From IMG/VR virus record IMGVR_UViG_3300020188_000808, positions 124,001 through 188,000 of that record: DNA of 64,000 nucleotides, one strand, 5' to 3'. Below, piece after piece: positions 30,486 through 39,977 of the stretch. Position numbers and translations under genes: made by a program. Position 1 is the first letter of the stretch. Each line of letters opens with the position of its first letter. A model generated the notes under the pieces. The model was not told where the DNA came from. It did not search any database and worked only from the letters and a program-made list of their open reading frames with translations.

Positions 30486-30506
30486 ATAAATACTACTGTA
30501 TTTATA
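30486..30506. promoter_or_regulatory. Bidirectional late promoter pair (ATAAATA on +, TATAAATA on -) forming an inverted repeat
   Basis: ATAAATAC-TACT-GTATTTAT in the only gap between divergent operons; the minus-strand copy is the exact T4 late consensus. Confidence 0.65.
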
Positions 30507-30532
30507 TGCGTATATAATGATTGGAGAACATA

Positions 30533-31705
30533 GTGAAGATTGGATTTATTGGGTTAGGAAAATTAGGATTACCTTGTGCAGAAGTCATTTCAACCAAAGG
30601 GCATGATGTAACAGGTTATGATGTTACTACTGTTAAAAGTGATAGCGTAACTGTTTGTCCTACAATTAAAGATACTGTTCAAAATAGAGACATTGTATTT
30701 GTTGCAGTACCTACTCCCCATCATCCAGACTATGACGGCAAAAAACCCACAGCTCACTTAGAACCCAAAGACTTTGGTTATGATATTGTACTTGATGTAT
30801 TGCGTGAAGCAAATGCACATATGAACAACAATCAATTGCTTGTGTTAATTAGTACAGTATTACCAGGCACAGTACGCCGAGAATTTTATCCGTTAGTAAC
30901 TAATACTAGATTTGTTTATAACCCGTATCTTATTGCAATGGGAACAGTAGCATGGGATATGGTAAATCCTGAAATGGTTATGATTGGTACAGATGACGGA
31001 AGTGAAACTGGAGATGCAAAACAACTTGTAGATTTTTATAAAACTATAATGGAAAATGATCCACGCTATGAAATTGGCACTTGGGACGAATGTGAATGTA
31101 TCAAAGTATTTTATAATACATTTATCAGTGCAAAAATTGGATTGGTTAATATGATACAAGATGTTGCAGAGAAACAAGGACATATTAATGTTGATGTAGT
31201 AACTAATGCACTTGCCAAAAGCGATCAGCGTATAATGGGTCCAAGTTATATGAAAGCAGGAATGGGCGACGGAGGAGCGTGTCATCCAAGAGATAATATA
31301 GCTCTACGCTACATGGCTCAAAACTTGGGGTTGCAATATGACATATTCGATGCTATAATGAATGCAAGAGAAGTGCAGGCTAAAAATATGGCAAACTATT
31401 TGGTAAAAATTGCACAAGAGCGTAATCTACCAATTTTGCTAAATGGCATTGCATATAAACCAGGAGTACCATATACTGATGGCAGTTATTCGTTACTAGT
31501 TGGACACTACTGTAAAGAGTTAGGATATCATTGCATAGAAGTTGATCCGTTAGCAAGTCCGCAACGTGGTCCTTTTAGTGCAGTAGTACTATTAGCACAT
31601 CCTGAACTTTATTGCTTTTTAAATAAAGAAAGTGTTGTAGTTGATCCGTGGAGAGAATATAAGTCAGAAGAGGTAGAAGTATTCCATTATGGAAACACAC
31701 GATGA
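30533..31705 (+). CDS. ugd: UDP-glucose/GDP-mannose dehydrogenase family protein
   Basis: Rossmann GLGKLG, VAVPTP, ISTVLPGT, catalytic GGACHPRD, AYKP. GTG start at 30533 has a GGAG RBS (ORF track starts 30521). Confidence 0.85.
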   Translation: MKIGFIGLGKLGLPCAEVISTKGHDVTGYDVTTVKSDSVTVCPTIKDTVQNRDIVFVAVPTPHHPDYDGKKPTAHLEPKDFGYDIVLDVLREANAHMNNNQLLVLISTVLPGTVRREFYPLVTNTRFVYNPYLIAMGTVAWDMVNPEMVMIGTDDGSETGDAKQLVDFYKTIMENDPRYEIGTWDECECIKVFYNTFISAKIGLVNMIQDVAEKQGHINVDVVTNALAKSDQRIMGPSYMKAGMGDGGACHPRDNIALRYMAQNLGLQYDIFDAIMNAREVQAKNMANYLVKIAQERNLPILLNGIAYKPGVPYTDGSYSLLVGHYCKELGYHCIEVDPLASPQRGPFSAVVLLAHPELYCFLNKESVVVDPWREYKSEEVEVFHYGNTR

Positions 31706-32619
31706 AAAAAATATTAATTGTAGGGGATAGTAATGCACTAGGCGAGTGGGGTACAATTATTCCAGGACCTGCTTGTGCAAACAACGATCATCCAGAATTA
31801 TTTAGACCCTACAATAAAGAACAATATCTTCACGGAGCTCATCCTAAAGGATTTCAAGTTGTATGGCCAGGCTTTGGTTATAACTTAGGTCAAAAAGGTC
31901 ATGCTTGTGCTGATTATGGAGTCGGCGGTGGTTCTAATTTTGAATCATTGTTTAAAGTTGAAGAAGCACTTGGACTTGCACCTTGTTTTACTAGTCCAGC
32001 ATTTTACAATCCAGATGTTATTGTATGGGTAGTAACAGAACCATGTAGAGATCTTGGAGATTCTAAATGGCCTCCAGAAGCAGGATTGTACGACCTTGAA
32101 AAATATTACAAGCAACGTGATAGTGCAATTAAAGATGCAAAAAGTATTAAAGAATTAAACGACATCTTGCTAAAACTTGCAATGGATGGCGCTCAACGTA
32201 TATATGATGAAACTAATATCCCGTGGATAATAATTGAAGGTTGGAGTAAAGTAGATACTACAAACTATACCTTCGCAAAACATGTAGTAAAAGATTGGAT
32301 GTCAACACTACTAGGACATGATATACCTTTGTTAAGTAGTTGGCCAACTGTAAATCATTTACGCCGACGTCGACCAGATTTAACAGAAGATGCAGGCGAC
32401 AGTCTACGGTTGTTTGCTAGAGAAAAACCAGAATTAGGTATTCCTAAAATACCCGAGGGAGAAAAAACAGAATTTACATCTATTGTAGATGACTACGAAA
32501 AAACAATTAAGACTATGCAACAGCATGATAAGTTTCCTGATAATTGCCATCCGGACAGAACTGTACATGCAGAATTAGCTGAGTACCTTGAACCAATAAT
32601 TAACGGATTACAAAAATAA
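31702..32619 (+). CDS. SGNH/GDSL-fold hydrolase or acyltransferase-like protein
   Basis: IVGDSN block I, GVGGGSN block II, C-terminal DNCHP (DxxH). Confidence 0.6.
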   Translation: MKKILIVGDSNALGEWGTIIPGPACANNDHPELFRPYNKEQYLHGAHPKGFQVVWPGFGYNLGQKGHACADYGVGGGSNFESLFKVEEALGLAPCFTSPAFYNPDVIVWVVTEPCRDLGDSKWPPEAGLYDLEKYYKQRDSAIKDAKSIKELNDILLKLAMDGAQRIYDETNIPWIIIEGWSKVDTTNYTFAKHVVKDWMSTLLGHDIPLLSSWPTVNHLRRRRPDLTEDAGDSLRLFAREKPELGIPKIPEGEKTEFTSIVDDYEKTIKTMQQHDKFPDNCHPDRTVHAELAEYLEPIINGLQK

Positions 32620-33294
32620 ATGTATGATATTGTTTTTATAAGTTATGGTGAAGCAAACGCTGATAGTAATTGGGATAAACTTAAACAACAATACCCAATG
32701 GCAAAGCGTGTTAAAGATGTTAAAGGAATTCACCAAGCACACGTAGCAGGTGCTAAAAAATGTTTTACAAAAATGTTTTGGGTTGTAGATGGTGATGCTC
32801 AGATAGTAGACGATTTTAAATTTGATCACGAAGTTAGTAGTTACGATTTAGATTGTGTTCATGTGTGGAGAGCAAGAAATCCTGTTAACGGATTAGAGTA
32901 TGGATACGGTGGGGTTAAGTTATTACCACGTATGCTTACACTAAAGATGGATACTACAACAAATGATATGACTACTAGTATTAGTAATAAATTTAAAGCA
33001 ATGCCAACTGTAAGTAATATTACAGCATTTAACACAGATCCATTGAGTACATGGCGCGGCGCATTTAGAGAATGTGCAAAGTTGGCAAGTAAAACAATAC
33101 AAGGACAACTAGAGGAAGAAACAAATGATAGACTTAAAACTTGGACTACTCATGCTGATGGAATACATAGTGGATATGCGTTACGAGGTGCTAATGCTGG
33201 TATGCAGTTTGGCCTTCGTGTCGGCGCTGATTTGGGGTTAATAAATAATTTTGAATGGTTAGGAGAGCAGTTTGCAAAAGATTCCGTTTACTAA
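32620..33294 (+). CDS. GT-A fold glycosyltransferase (paralog of 24932)
   Basis: 'DIVFISYGE...AKRV..VKGIHQAH...WVVDGD...NGLEYGYGGVKL...WRGAFRECAK'. Confidence 0.7.
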   Translation: MYDIVFISYGEANADSNWDKLKQQYPMAKRVKDVKGIHQAHVAGAKKCFTKMFWVVDGDAQIVDDFKFDHEVSSYDLDCVHVWRARNPVNGLEYGYGGVKLLPRMLTLKMDTTTNDMTTSISNKFKAMPTVSNITAFNTDPLSTWRGAFRECAKLASKTIQGQLEEETNDRLKTWTTHADGIHSGYALRGANAGMQFGLRVGADLGLINNFEWLGEQFAKDSVY

Positions 33295-34231
33295 AATCGT
33301 ATCTTTAGGACAAAAAACAATGTTAAACAATCCGTTGTTTAATGTTAGCTGGATCCTTGGAAGGTTTTGTAATTATAAATGTAGTTACTGTTGGCCTTAT
33401 GCAAACACAGATAAGCCAGATCATCAAGACTTTGAAGTATACACAAACGCAATTGATGAAATTAAACGTCAAGCAAGAGACAATGGCTTTACACAATTTC
33501 ATTTTAGTTTTAGCGGTGGCGAACCAACAGCATATAAAAAGTTCGGGGAACTTATAGAGTATTATTGCAGTGATGCAACACCCGAATACCAAAGTTTGCA
33601 TATGACTACAAACCTAAGCCCAGGAAGCAAGTGGTGGAACAATTGGTTAGAAGCAACTAATAATTTGCAACGTAGAAGTATTACAGCAAGTTTTCATGCA
33701 GAGTTTGCTAACGAACAAGAGTTTGGAGACAAGTGTCTTCAACTTATGAAAGCAGGAGTACTTGTAACTATTAATCAAGTTATGGTACCAGAACTATGGG
33801 ATGAATATTATGAAAGAAGTTTACGATTTATTAAAAGAGGAATACACGTTACTCTTAAGCCGCAATCAGATCCTACTGCGTCATTTGTGGTCAGTGGTTA
33901 CACGGAAGAACAAACAAAAATCCTCCAAACAGATTCAGAACAAACAATCCCGCAAGTACTCCTCAAAGACTATCAAGGAATAGCTTACGAACTTGATCAA
34001 GCAGAACGATTAAATGCTTTTGGGTTTAACAAATTTAAAGGATGGAGTTGTAACGCAGGATATCAAAGTTGTATTATCCGCGGCGATGAAGTTAAAAGAG
34101 CTTATAGTTGTAGCGATGAACCTCTAGGTACGCTACAGGACGGGTTTACGCTGTTTAAGACACCAACTAGTTGCATAACTGATACATGTGTTAGTAGTGC
34201 TGACAACAAGATACCCAAGGAAAACAAATGA
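33272..34231 (+). CDS. Radical SAM protein with C-terminal Cys-rich domain
   Basis: CNYKCSYC, FSGGEPT; C-terminal FKGWSCNAG...C...C..C; TTG start with GGAG RBS. Confidence 0.9.
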   Translation: MQKIPFTKIVSLGQKTMLNNPLFNVSWILGRFCNYKCSYCWPYANTDKPDHQDFEVYTNAIDEIKRQARDNGFTQFHFSFSGGEPTAYKKFGELIEYYCSDATPEYQSLHMTTNLSPGSKWWNNWLEATNNLQRRSITASFHAEFANEQEFGDKCLQLMKAGVLVTINQVMVPELWDEYYERSLRFIKRGIHVTLKPQSDPTASFVVSGYTEEQTKILQTDSEQTIPQVLLKDYQGIAYELDQAERLNAFGFNKFKGWSCNAGYQSCIIRGDEVKRAYSCSDEPLGTLQDGFTLFKTPTSCITDTCVSSADNKIPKENK

Positions 34232-34542
34232 AGAAGTTATGGGAACGCTATAAGGCGCATGATAAAAAAGTAACAGAAGCACAAAAAAATTTTAAAGTGT
34301 CTGACATAGAGAACAAATACGTGAGAGCATTCATGTGGATCTTTATGTTAAAATTTGTATGGGACATTACTACAGTATTTGAAAAGTATTTGCCTATGCC
34401 AACAGTATATAAAATACTAGGATTGGGATGGACAAAGTTAGGTTATTATGTGTTTTGGGTATTATGGTTTATATTCATAGTTGTGTTATTATATAACATA
34501 CTAGGCGAAGAAGCGTTTGATCAATTGGTAAATGAATTATGA
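34228..34542 (+). CDS. Small membrane protein (about 2 TM helices)
   Basis: Hydrophobic stretches AFMWIFMLKFVW and YYVFWVLWFIFIVVLLYNIL; coupled on both sides. Confidence 0.6.
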   Translation: MKKLWERYKAHDKKVTEAQKNFKVSDIENKYVRAFMWIFMLKFVWDITTVFEKYLPMPTVYKILGLGWTKLGYYVFWVLWFIFIVVLLYNILGEEAFDQLVNEL

Positions 34543-35150
34543 AAATAGATATTAAAGATATTAAGTTTTGGATGGATGCAATTCGCAACAGCGATGACCG
34601 TGACCGTACGCTTGAAAGTTTCTGGGGAGGACAGTTAGAATCTAAAACTTGGTTAATAGAATGTTTAAGTAAAAAATCTAAAGCAATTAGTAATGCTAAT
34701 GCTGTAATACATGGCGGCTGGAACGGTGTACTAGCAAATATGTTGTTTAATAGTGACATTGGTATTAAACATATTATAAGTATTGATATTGATCCAGCTT
34801 GTAAACAAATTGCAAGTACAATAAACAAACGTCAAGAGATGGAAGGTATGTTTGAAGCAGTTACAGGAGACATGTGTAGTTATGAATATACAACTAATCC
34901 TTATTTTGTTATCAATACCAGTTGTGAACATATTACACAAGAGCAGTATATGCAATGGTTAGATAATGTTCCATCATCGGCAAAAATAATTTTACAATCT
35001 AACAATTACTTTGAATTAGATGAACATATTAATTGTAGTGAAACATTAGATGAATTTGTAAAGAAATCAAAGTTAAATGTTGAAACAGCAAACGAATTAC
35101 AATTAGCAAAATATAAAAGATTTATGATTATAGGAACACAGCATGTATAA
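34539..35150 (+). CDS. Class I SAM-dependent methyltransferase
   Basis: Motif I HGGWNG, acidic SIDID, GDM, INTSCEH. Confidence 0.7.
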   Translation: MKIDIKDIKFWMDAIRNSDDRDRTLESFWGGQLESKTWLIECLSKKSKAISNANAVIHGGWNGVLANMLFNSDIGIKHIISIDIDPACKQIASTINKRQEMEGMFEAVTGDMCSYEYTTNPYFVINTSCEHITQEQYMQWLDNVPSSAKIILQSNNYFELDEHINCSETLDEFVKKSKLNVETANELQLAKYKRFMIIGTQHV

Positions 35151-36141
35151 TTACACAGACATAACAGCAATACATTTAGAAGTAACTTCCAAATGTCAAG
35201 CAAGATGCCCTATGTGTCCAAGACGTTTACATGGCGGACCATTACTTGAAGGATTAGATTTAGATGAAATAGATCTAGGAACATTTGTTAATTGGTTTCC
35301 AAGAGACTTTGTGCGTCAATTAAAGTTTCTTAGTATGTGTGGTAATTTGGGTGATCCTATTGTCGCTAAAGATACATTAGAAATTTTTCAATACCTGCGT
35401 GATACAAACTCTGAAATGACACTACAGATGCACACTAACGGAAGTGGAAGAAATATTACATGGTGGAAACAACTTGCACAACTAAAAGTTAAAGTTGTTT
35501 TTGGAATTGACGGTTTAGAAGACACTCATAAGTTATACAGGATCAATACAGACTTTAATAAGATTATGCAAAATGCATCACATTTTATTGACGAAGGCGG
35601 CGATGCACGTTGGGATATGTTAGTATTCAAACACAATGAACATCAAGTAGATACTTGTGAACAATTAAGTAAAGACATGGGATTTAAAGGCTTTAGTATT
35701 AAGCATACAACAAGATTTAAAGATGGTAAGTTTGATGTAATAGATGACAACTACAATGTTACACATACACTATTACCGTCGCAAAAAAGTTTAGAAATGA
35801 TTGCACCAGCAGAAAAAGCTAGGAACGAAACATTACCAACTATTAATTGTAAAGCAGTTCAAGACAAGCAACTGTATATTAGTGCTAATGGAAACGTTAG
35901 TCCGTGCTGTTGGTTAGATTTAGAATGGTTACCACAACACGCCCATTCAAAAATAGATTATATGATAAAAATTAAAGAATTCCCTAATTTGCATAGGAAT
36001 ACTATGCAAGAAGTGTTTTCTTCAAACTTCTTTAACAAGATAGAAAAGACATGGAGCACTTGCGGACTAAAAGAATGTTCAAAACAATGTGGAAGTTTTG
36101 ACAAAATGAATGCACAATTTGAAAGGCATGAACATGCGTAA
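35143..36141 (+). CDS. Radical SAM protein with C-terminal SPASM/twitch domain
   Basis: CQARCPMC, GNLGDP, HTNG, IDGLEDT; C-terminal C...GNVSPCC...C...C..QC. Confidence 0.9.
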   Translation: MYNYTDITAIHLEVTSKCQARCPMCPRRLHGGPLLEGLDLDEIDLGTFVNWFPRDFVRQLKFLSMCGNLGDPIVAKDTLEIFQYLRDTNSEMTLQMHTNGSGRNITWWKQLAQLKVKVVFGIDGLEDTHKLYRINTDFNKIMQNASHFIDEGGDARWDMLVFKHNEHQVDTCEQLSKDMGFKGFSIKHTTRFKDGKFDVIDDNYNVTHTLLPSQKSLEMIAPAEKARNETLPTINCKAVQDKQLYISANGNVSPCCWLDLEWLPQHAHSKIDYMIKIKEFPNLHRNTMQEVFSSNFFNKIEKTWSTCGLKECSKQCGSFDKMNAQFERHEHA

Positions 36142-37435
36142 GACATTTTGTCCGTTACCATGGATACACTTAGCAACACGACCTAATGGTGATGTTAGAG
36201 TTTGCTGTACTGCTAATGCATCAGGTGCTGGACTTGAAGATGACAAAACAGCAGGCCTTGTTAAAAAGGACGGCATTGCTATGAACATGCGTGACCATAC
36301 TATTGAAGAAGTGTGGAATAGTGAGCATATGCGTAACACAAGATTGCAAATGCTAAATGACCAAATACCTGCAAGTTGTCGTAAATGTTTTGCAGAAGAA
36401 GAAAAAGGCATCGTAAGTAAGCGTCAATGGGAAACTAAAGTGTGGGAAAAGCGTTTAGACCTTGATAGTATTGTAGATAAAACAGATGCAGAAGGTAATT
36501 TGCCTGTTAATATTCCTTACTTTGACTTACGACTTGGCAACTTGTGTCAATTAAAGTGTGTAATGTGTAGTCCACATGATTCAAGCAGTTGGATTAAAGA
36601 ATGGAAACTACAAAAACCTAAATATACAAACAAAGATTTAATTGCAGAACAAAGTTGGGATGAAGACTTTGATTATACTTGGTATAAAAAAGGAAGTTTC
36701 TTAGATTCAATGAAAGATCAATCACAGCATATTAAAGAATTGTATTTTGCTGGTGGAGAACCTTTACTAATACCAGAGCATTATGCTATACTAGAGTTTA
36801 TGGTTGACAACGGCTTTAGTAAAAATATTTGTATACGTTATAACAGTAATGGATTAGAACTACCTGATAAACTATTTGCATTGTGGAAACACTTTCAAGA
36901 AGTAACATTTAACTTTAGTGTTGATGCATACGGAGATAAGAATGATTATATACGCTATCCTAGTAAATGGCAAGACGTAAGTGCAAACCTACATAAATTA
37001 GATAACGCAGGACCTAATATTAGAGTTAATATGGCTTGTGCAGTACAGTTATTAAATGTAGCATACATACATGAACTTGCTGAATGGAAAATAGAGCAAA
37101 AGTTTAATAACATTAATGTATTACCGTTCGGCGGCGGCCTTATTGGAACACACCTTGTATATTTTCCAAGTTATTTGAATGTACGAGTGTTACCACAAGA
37201 GTATAAAGAATTTGCTAAAAACAATATTGAAAAATTTATTGACAGTCAAAAATTTAATACTGAGTGGAATCAACACGCAATGGGTAAACAGAGATTCAAA
37301 GGTATAGTAGACTATATGATGAGTGAAGACTGGTCTAACAAATTGCCCCAGTTACAAGATTATTTAAAAGTATTAGACCAACGTCGTGGAACAGACTTTA
37401 GAACAACATTTATAGAATTAGGAAAACATATATAA
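36134..37435 (+). CDS. Radical SAM protein with N-terminal twitch/SPASM-like domain
   Basis: CQLKCVMC, FAGGEP; N-terminal CPLPW..GDVRVCC...CRKC; start chosen at the ATG overlapping the upstream stop (track 36110). Confidence 0.9.
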   Translation: MRKTFCPLPWIHLATRPNGDVRVCCTANASGAGLEDDKTAGLVKKDGIAMNMRDHTIEEVWNSEHMRNTRLQMLNDQIPASCRKCFAEEEKGIVSKRQWETKVWEKRLDLDSIVDKTDAEGNLPVNIPYFDLRLGNLCQLKCVMCSPHDSSSWIKEWKLQKPKYTNKDLIAEQSWDEDFDYTWYKKGSFLDSMKDQSQHIKELYFAGGEPLLIPEHYAILEFMVDNGFSKNICIRYNSNGLELPDKLFALWKHFQEVTFNFSVDAYGDKNDYIRYPSKWQDVSANLHKLDNAGPNIRVNMACAVQLLNVAYIHELAEWKIEQKFNNINVLPFGGGLIGTHLVYFPSYLNVRVLPQEYKEFAKNNIEKFIDSQKFNTEWNQHAMGKQRFKGIVDYMMSEDWSNKLPQLQDYLKVLDQRRGTDFRTTFIELGKHI

Positions 37436-38013
37436 TGGACGTAGGATATAAAATTGTTTGTCATGATGTAGATCCTATAGAACTACACGAACAAACTGTT
37501 ATTGGTACAGAAGAAACAAATGCAAATCTTATTGTGCGTTCTACTGCTAACGAACAGTTGTTATATATTGACGGAGCCACAGGCGGCAATGAACCTATTT
37601 TTCTTGGAATAACTAAATCAAGAGGAACACAGCAGAATAAGTTACCAGTTGAACCTGGAGATAACTTAGGTGGCGTTCAAATTTATGGAAGAACTAAGCC
37701 AGGCAGTAGTTTAGGATATTGTCATGATGAAACACCGTTGAATGGTGCTATACAATTTTTTGTATCTAAAGATTATAATAAACAAGGTCCGGTTGCTAAT
37801 GAAATGGTTATAGCATTGTCTAATAATACAGACACGTCTATTAAATTAAAACTTGATAGTGATGGTAACTTAATTACACAAGGTAATATAACTAGTGGCA
37901 ATTTAAAAATAACAGACACAGTAGTTAACGAAGTAGGACCAATAGAGAAATATGTTCAAATTGAATTAGACGGCAACAAATATGCTATGCCATTGTACAG
38001 GATATCAACATGA
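37435..38013 (+). CDS. Tail-fibre-like domain protein
   Basis: 'KSRGT...PVEPGDNLG' and C-terminal 'YVQIELDGNKYAMPLY' resemble fibre segments, including the region 'GRHG..PVQGTAGDYLG' of 56495-57868. Confidence 0.45.
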   Translation: MDVGYKIVCHDVDPIELHEQTVIGTEETNANLIVRSTANEQLLYIDGATGGNEPIFLGITKSRGTQQNKLPVEPGDNLGGVQIYGRTKPGSSLGYCHDETPLNGAIQFFVSKDYNKQGPVANEMVIALSNNTDTSIKLKLDSDGNLITQGNITSGNLKITDTVVNEVGPIEKYVQIELDGNKYAMPLYRIST

Positions 38014-38699
38014 ACAAACTAATTTGGAAACATATTGACTATAATAACGACAGTCTTAATAGTATAGCAAGAAATATTGCAGAGTATCATACTGCTCATG
38101 CACTAAAAGTTAAGTACTCTACAATTAAAGGAGTACCGCTAGGAACTATTTTCTTAGATGACACACATACAGTTGAAAATATCAGTGTGTTAAATAGTAT
38201 TTTAAATTATAATGTATATTTTAAAAAGAATACCGAAGTACCGTTAAAAACAATAATTGATCTTGATTGTGTTGTTGCGTTAGCAAGTGGAGACACTCCA
38301 AGTCAGTTACCAGCCAAACATACATATGTTATTGACATTAGTCCAATGGCACTAGAAAAAACAAAAGAAAAATATAATATAGATGTAGATAAGAGTTACA
38401 AATACGACCAAGTTGATTTATTTGATATACCAGCTGTAAAAAAGTTTTTAACAAAATGCCAAGGTAACGTAGGATTATTTTGTTTAAGTAATGTGTTTTT
38501 ATACTTTCCTAATTGCGTAATGTTTGATGCAAAGGCAAGACTTAAAAAACAAAATGAATTAATTAGTTTATTAGCACAAGATAAAATCAAATGGTATGTT
38601 GATATGGTAACAGTCAACGGAACACATATTCAAACACTAGCAAGTGAATTAGTAGACATGCCGTTAGACGATAAATTTAAGGTATTGCCATGGATCTAG
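38010..38699 (+). CDS. Hypothetical protein, methyltransferase-like fold
   Basis: 'ALASG..P...YVIDISPMAL...VDLFD...CLSNVF' pattern, similar to the C-terminal half of 48083. Confidence 0.4.
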   Translation: MNKLIWKHIDYNNDSLNSIARNIAEYHTAHALKVKYSTIKGVPLGTIFLDDTHTVENISVLNSILNYNVYFKKNTEVPLKTIIDLDCVVALASGDTPSQLPAKHTYVIDISPMALEKTKEKYNIDVDKSYKYDQVDLFDIPAVKKFLTKCQGNVGLFCLSNVFLYFPNCVMFDAKARLKKQNELISLLAQDKIKWYVDMVTVNGTHIQTLASELVDMPLDDKFKVLPWI

Positions 38700-39334
38700 T
38701 AGAAAAATTTAATTGGATTAGACACAACAGTGGCCTTGCTACACTTCTGTTAGATATTCCAAAGCCTACAAATGATATTAGAGATGAAATATTAAAAAGT
38801 GTTGATATTGCTGTTCCTCACAGGGATACTGACGGCAAAGGTTGGCGCAGTTTAACACTTCATGGACATAGTTCTGTAATGACTGATAGTGATGATGCTT
38901 ACAAAGAAAAAGGATTTACATTAGGTACCAAAGAATGGACTGATGTAGCAAAGCACTTTCCGTTAACCAAACAATGGATTATTAAAAATATACCTTTTGA
39001 AAAGTACGGAAGAATTAGAATAATGATAGTTGACCCAGGCGGGTATGTTAGTCCACACAAAGACTTTTTACATGGACAATTACTAGGCGGAATTAATATT
39101 GCTATTACACACCCCAAAGAAGTAGTGTTTGATATTGAGAATTATGGCAATGTAGAATGGCAAGAAGGTGAATCAAGACTGATTGATTTAGGAAGTGTGC
39201 ACCAAATTACAAACAACAGTAGTGAATCTAGGATACATATTATTGTACATAGTGAACCAATTGATAAGTGGAATAAAAAAATTATGCAACTAGTCTGCAA
39301 CAGTTACGACAAGGTATATAATGGAACAAAATAA
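38690..39334 (+). CDS. Aspartyl/asparaginyl beta-hydroxylase-like 2OG-Fe(II) oxygenase
   Basis: PGGYVSPHKD (HxD), distal H in VHQITN, RIHIIVH. Confidence 0.85.
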   Translation: MDLVEKFNWIRHNSGLATLLLDIPKPTNDIRDEILKSVDIAVPHRDTDGKGWRSLTLHGHSSVMTDSDDAYKEKGFTLGTKEWTDVAKHFPLTKQWIIKNIPFEKYGRIRIMIVDPGGYVSPHKDFLHGQLLGGINIAITHPKEVVFDIENYGNVEWQEGESRLIDLGSVHQITNNSSESRIHIIVHSEPIDKWNKKIMQLVCNSYDKVYNGTK

Positions 39335-39977
39335 TATTGAAAGAGCATTGCTATGGAATAGTCTATGTAATTTAGGCGACATGGTAAAATTAAAGCTAAA
39401 AGTTAACGGGCATGAGCTTGTACAGCAATTAGAGCAGTTTGAAGATAACTGGTGTCCTTACAACCAAAAAAAAGATGCTCACAACAATCGATGGGGATTA
39501 CCTGTAACAAGTCATACAGGTGATGTAATGGACAACTATCATTTGAATAGCTTTGGCCATATGCAACGATATCACGATGTTGAGATGAAAGAAGAAAACT
39601 TTACAACACCAACAGAAGTGTATAACAAAATTCCACAACTTGCTAGTCTTGTAGATGCGTTTGCACCTGACATTGGCCGAGTGCATTTACTTAGAGTAGA
39701 TGAAGGTGGGTTCTTTCCGCCGCACAGAGACTTTCCAGGAGTAGGACCAGAGTACTTTAGATTGTTATGTACATTTGGCAAAGCACAACCAGAAAACTAT
39801 GCACATATACTTGACAAGCAATTAATTTATCCTGATCCAGAGTATGTACATTTTATTAACTTTCAAAAAGAACATAGTGTGTTTAGTTACACTAACGGAT
39901 TATATTCTTTAATACTTACAGTTAAACTAAATCAACGCACACACGATTTAATTATTAAGAATAGCATGAGCGAATGA
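39321..39977 (+). CDS. 2OG-Fe(II) oxygenase (Asp/Asn beta-hydroxylase-like)
   Basis: GGFFPPHRD (HxD), distal EHSV. Confidence 0.75.
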   Translation: MEQNNIERALLWNSLCNLGDMVKLKLKVNGHELVQQLEQFEDNWCPYNQKKDAHNNRWGLPVTSHTGDVMDNYHLNSFGHMQRYHDVEMKEENFTTPTEVYNKIPQLASLVDAFAPDIGRVHLLRVDEGGFFPPHRDFPGVGPEYFRLLCTFGKAQPENYAHILDKQLIYPDPEYVHFINFQKEHSVFSYTNGLYSLILTVKLNQRTHDLIIKNSMSE

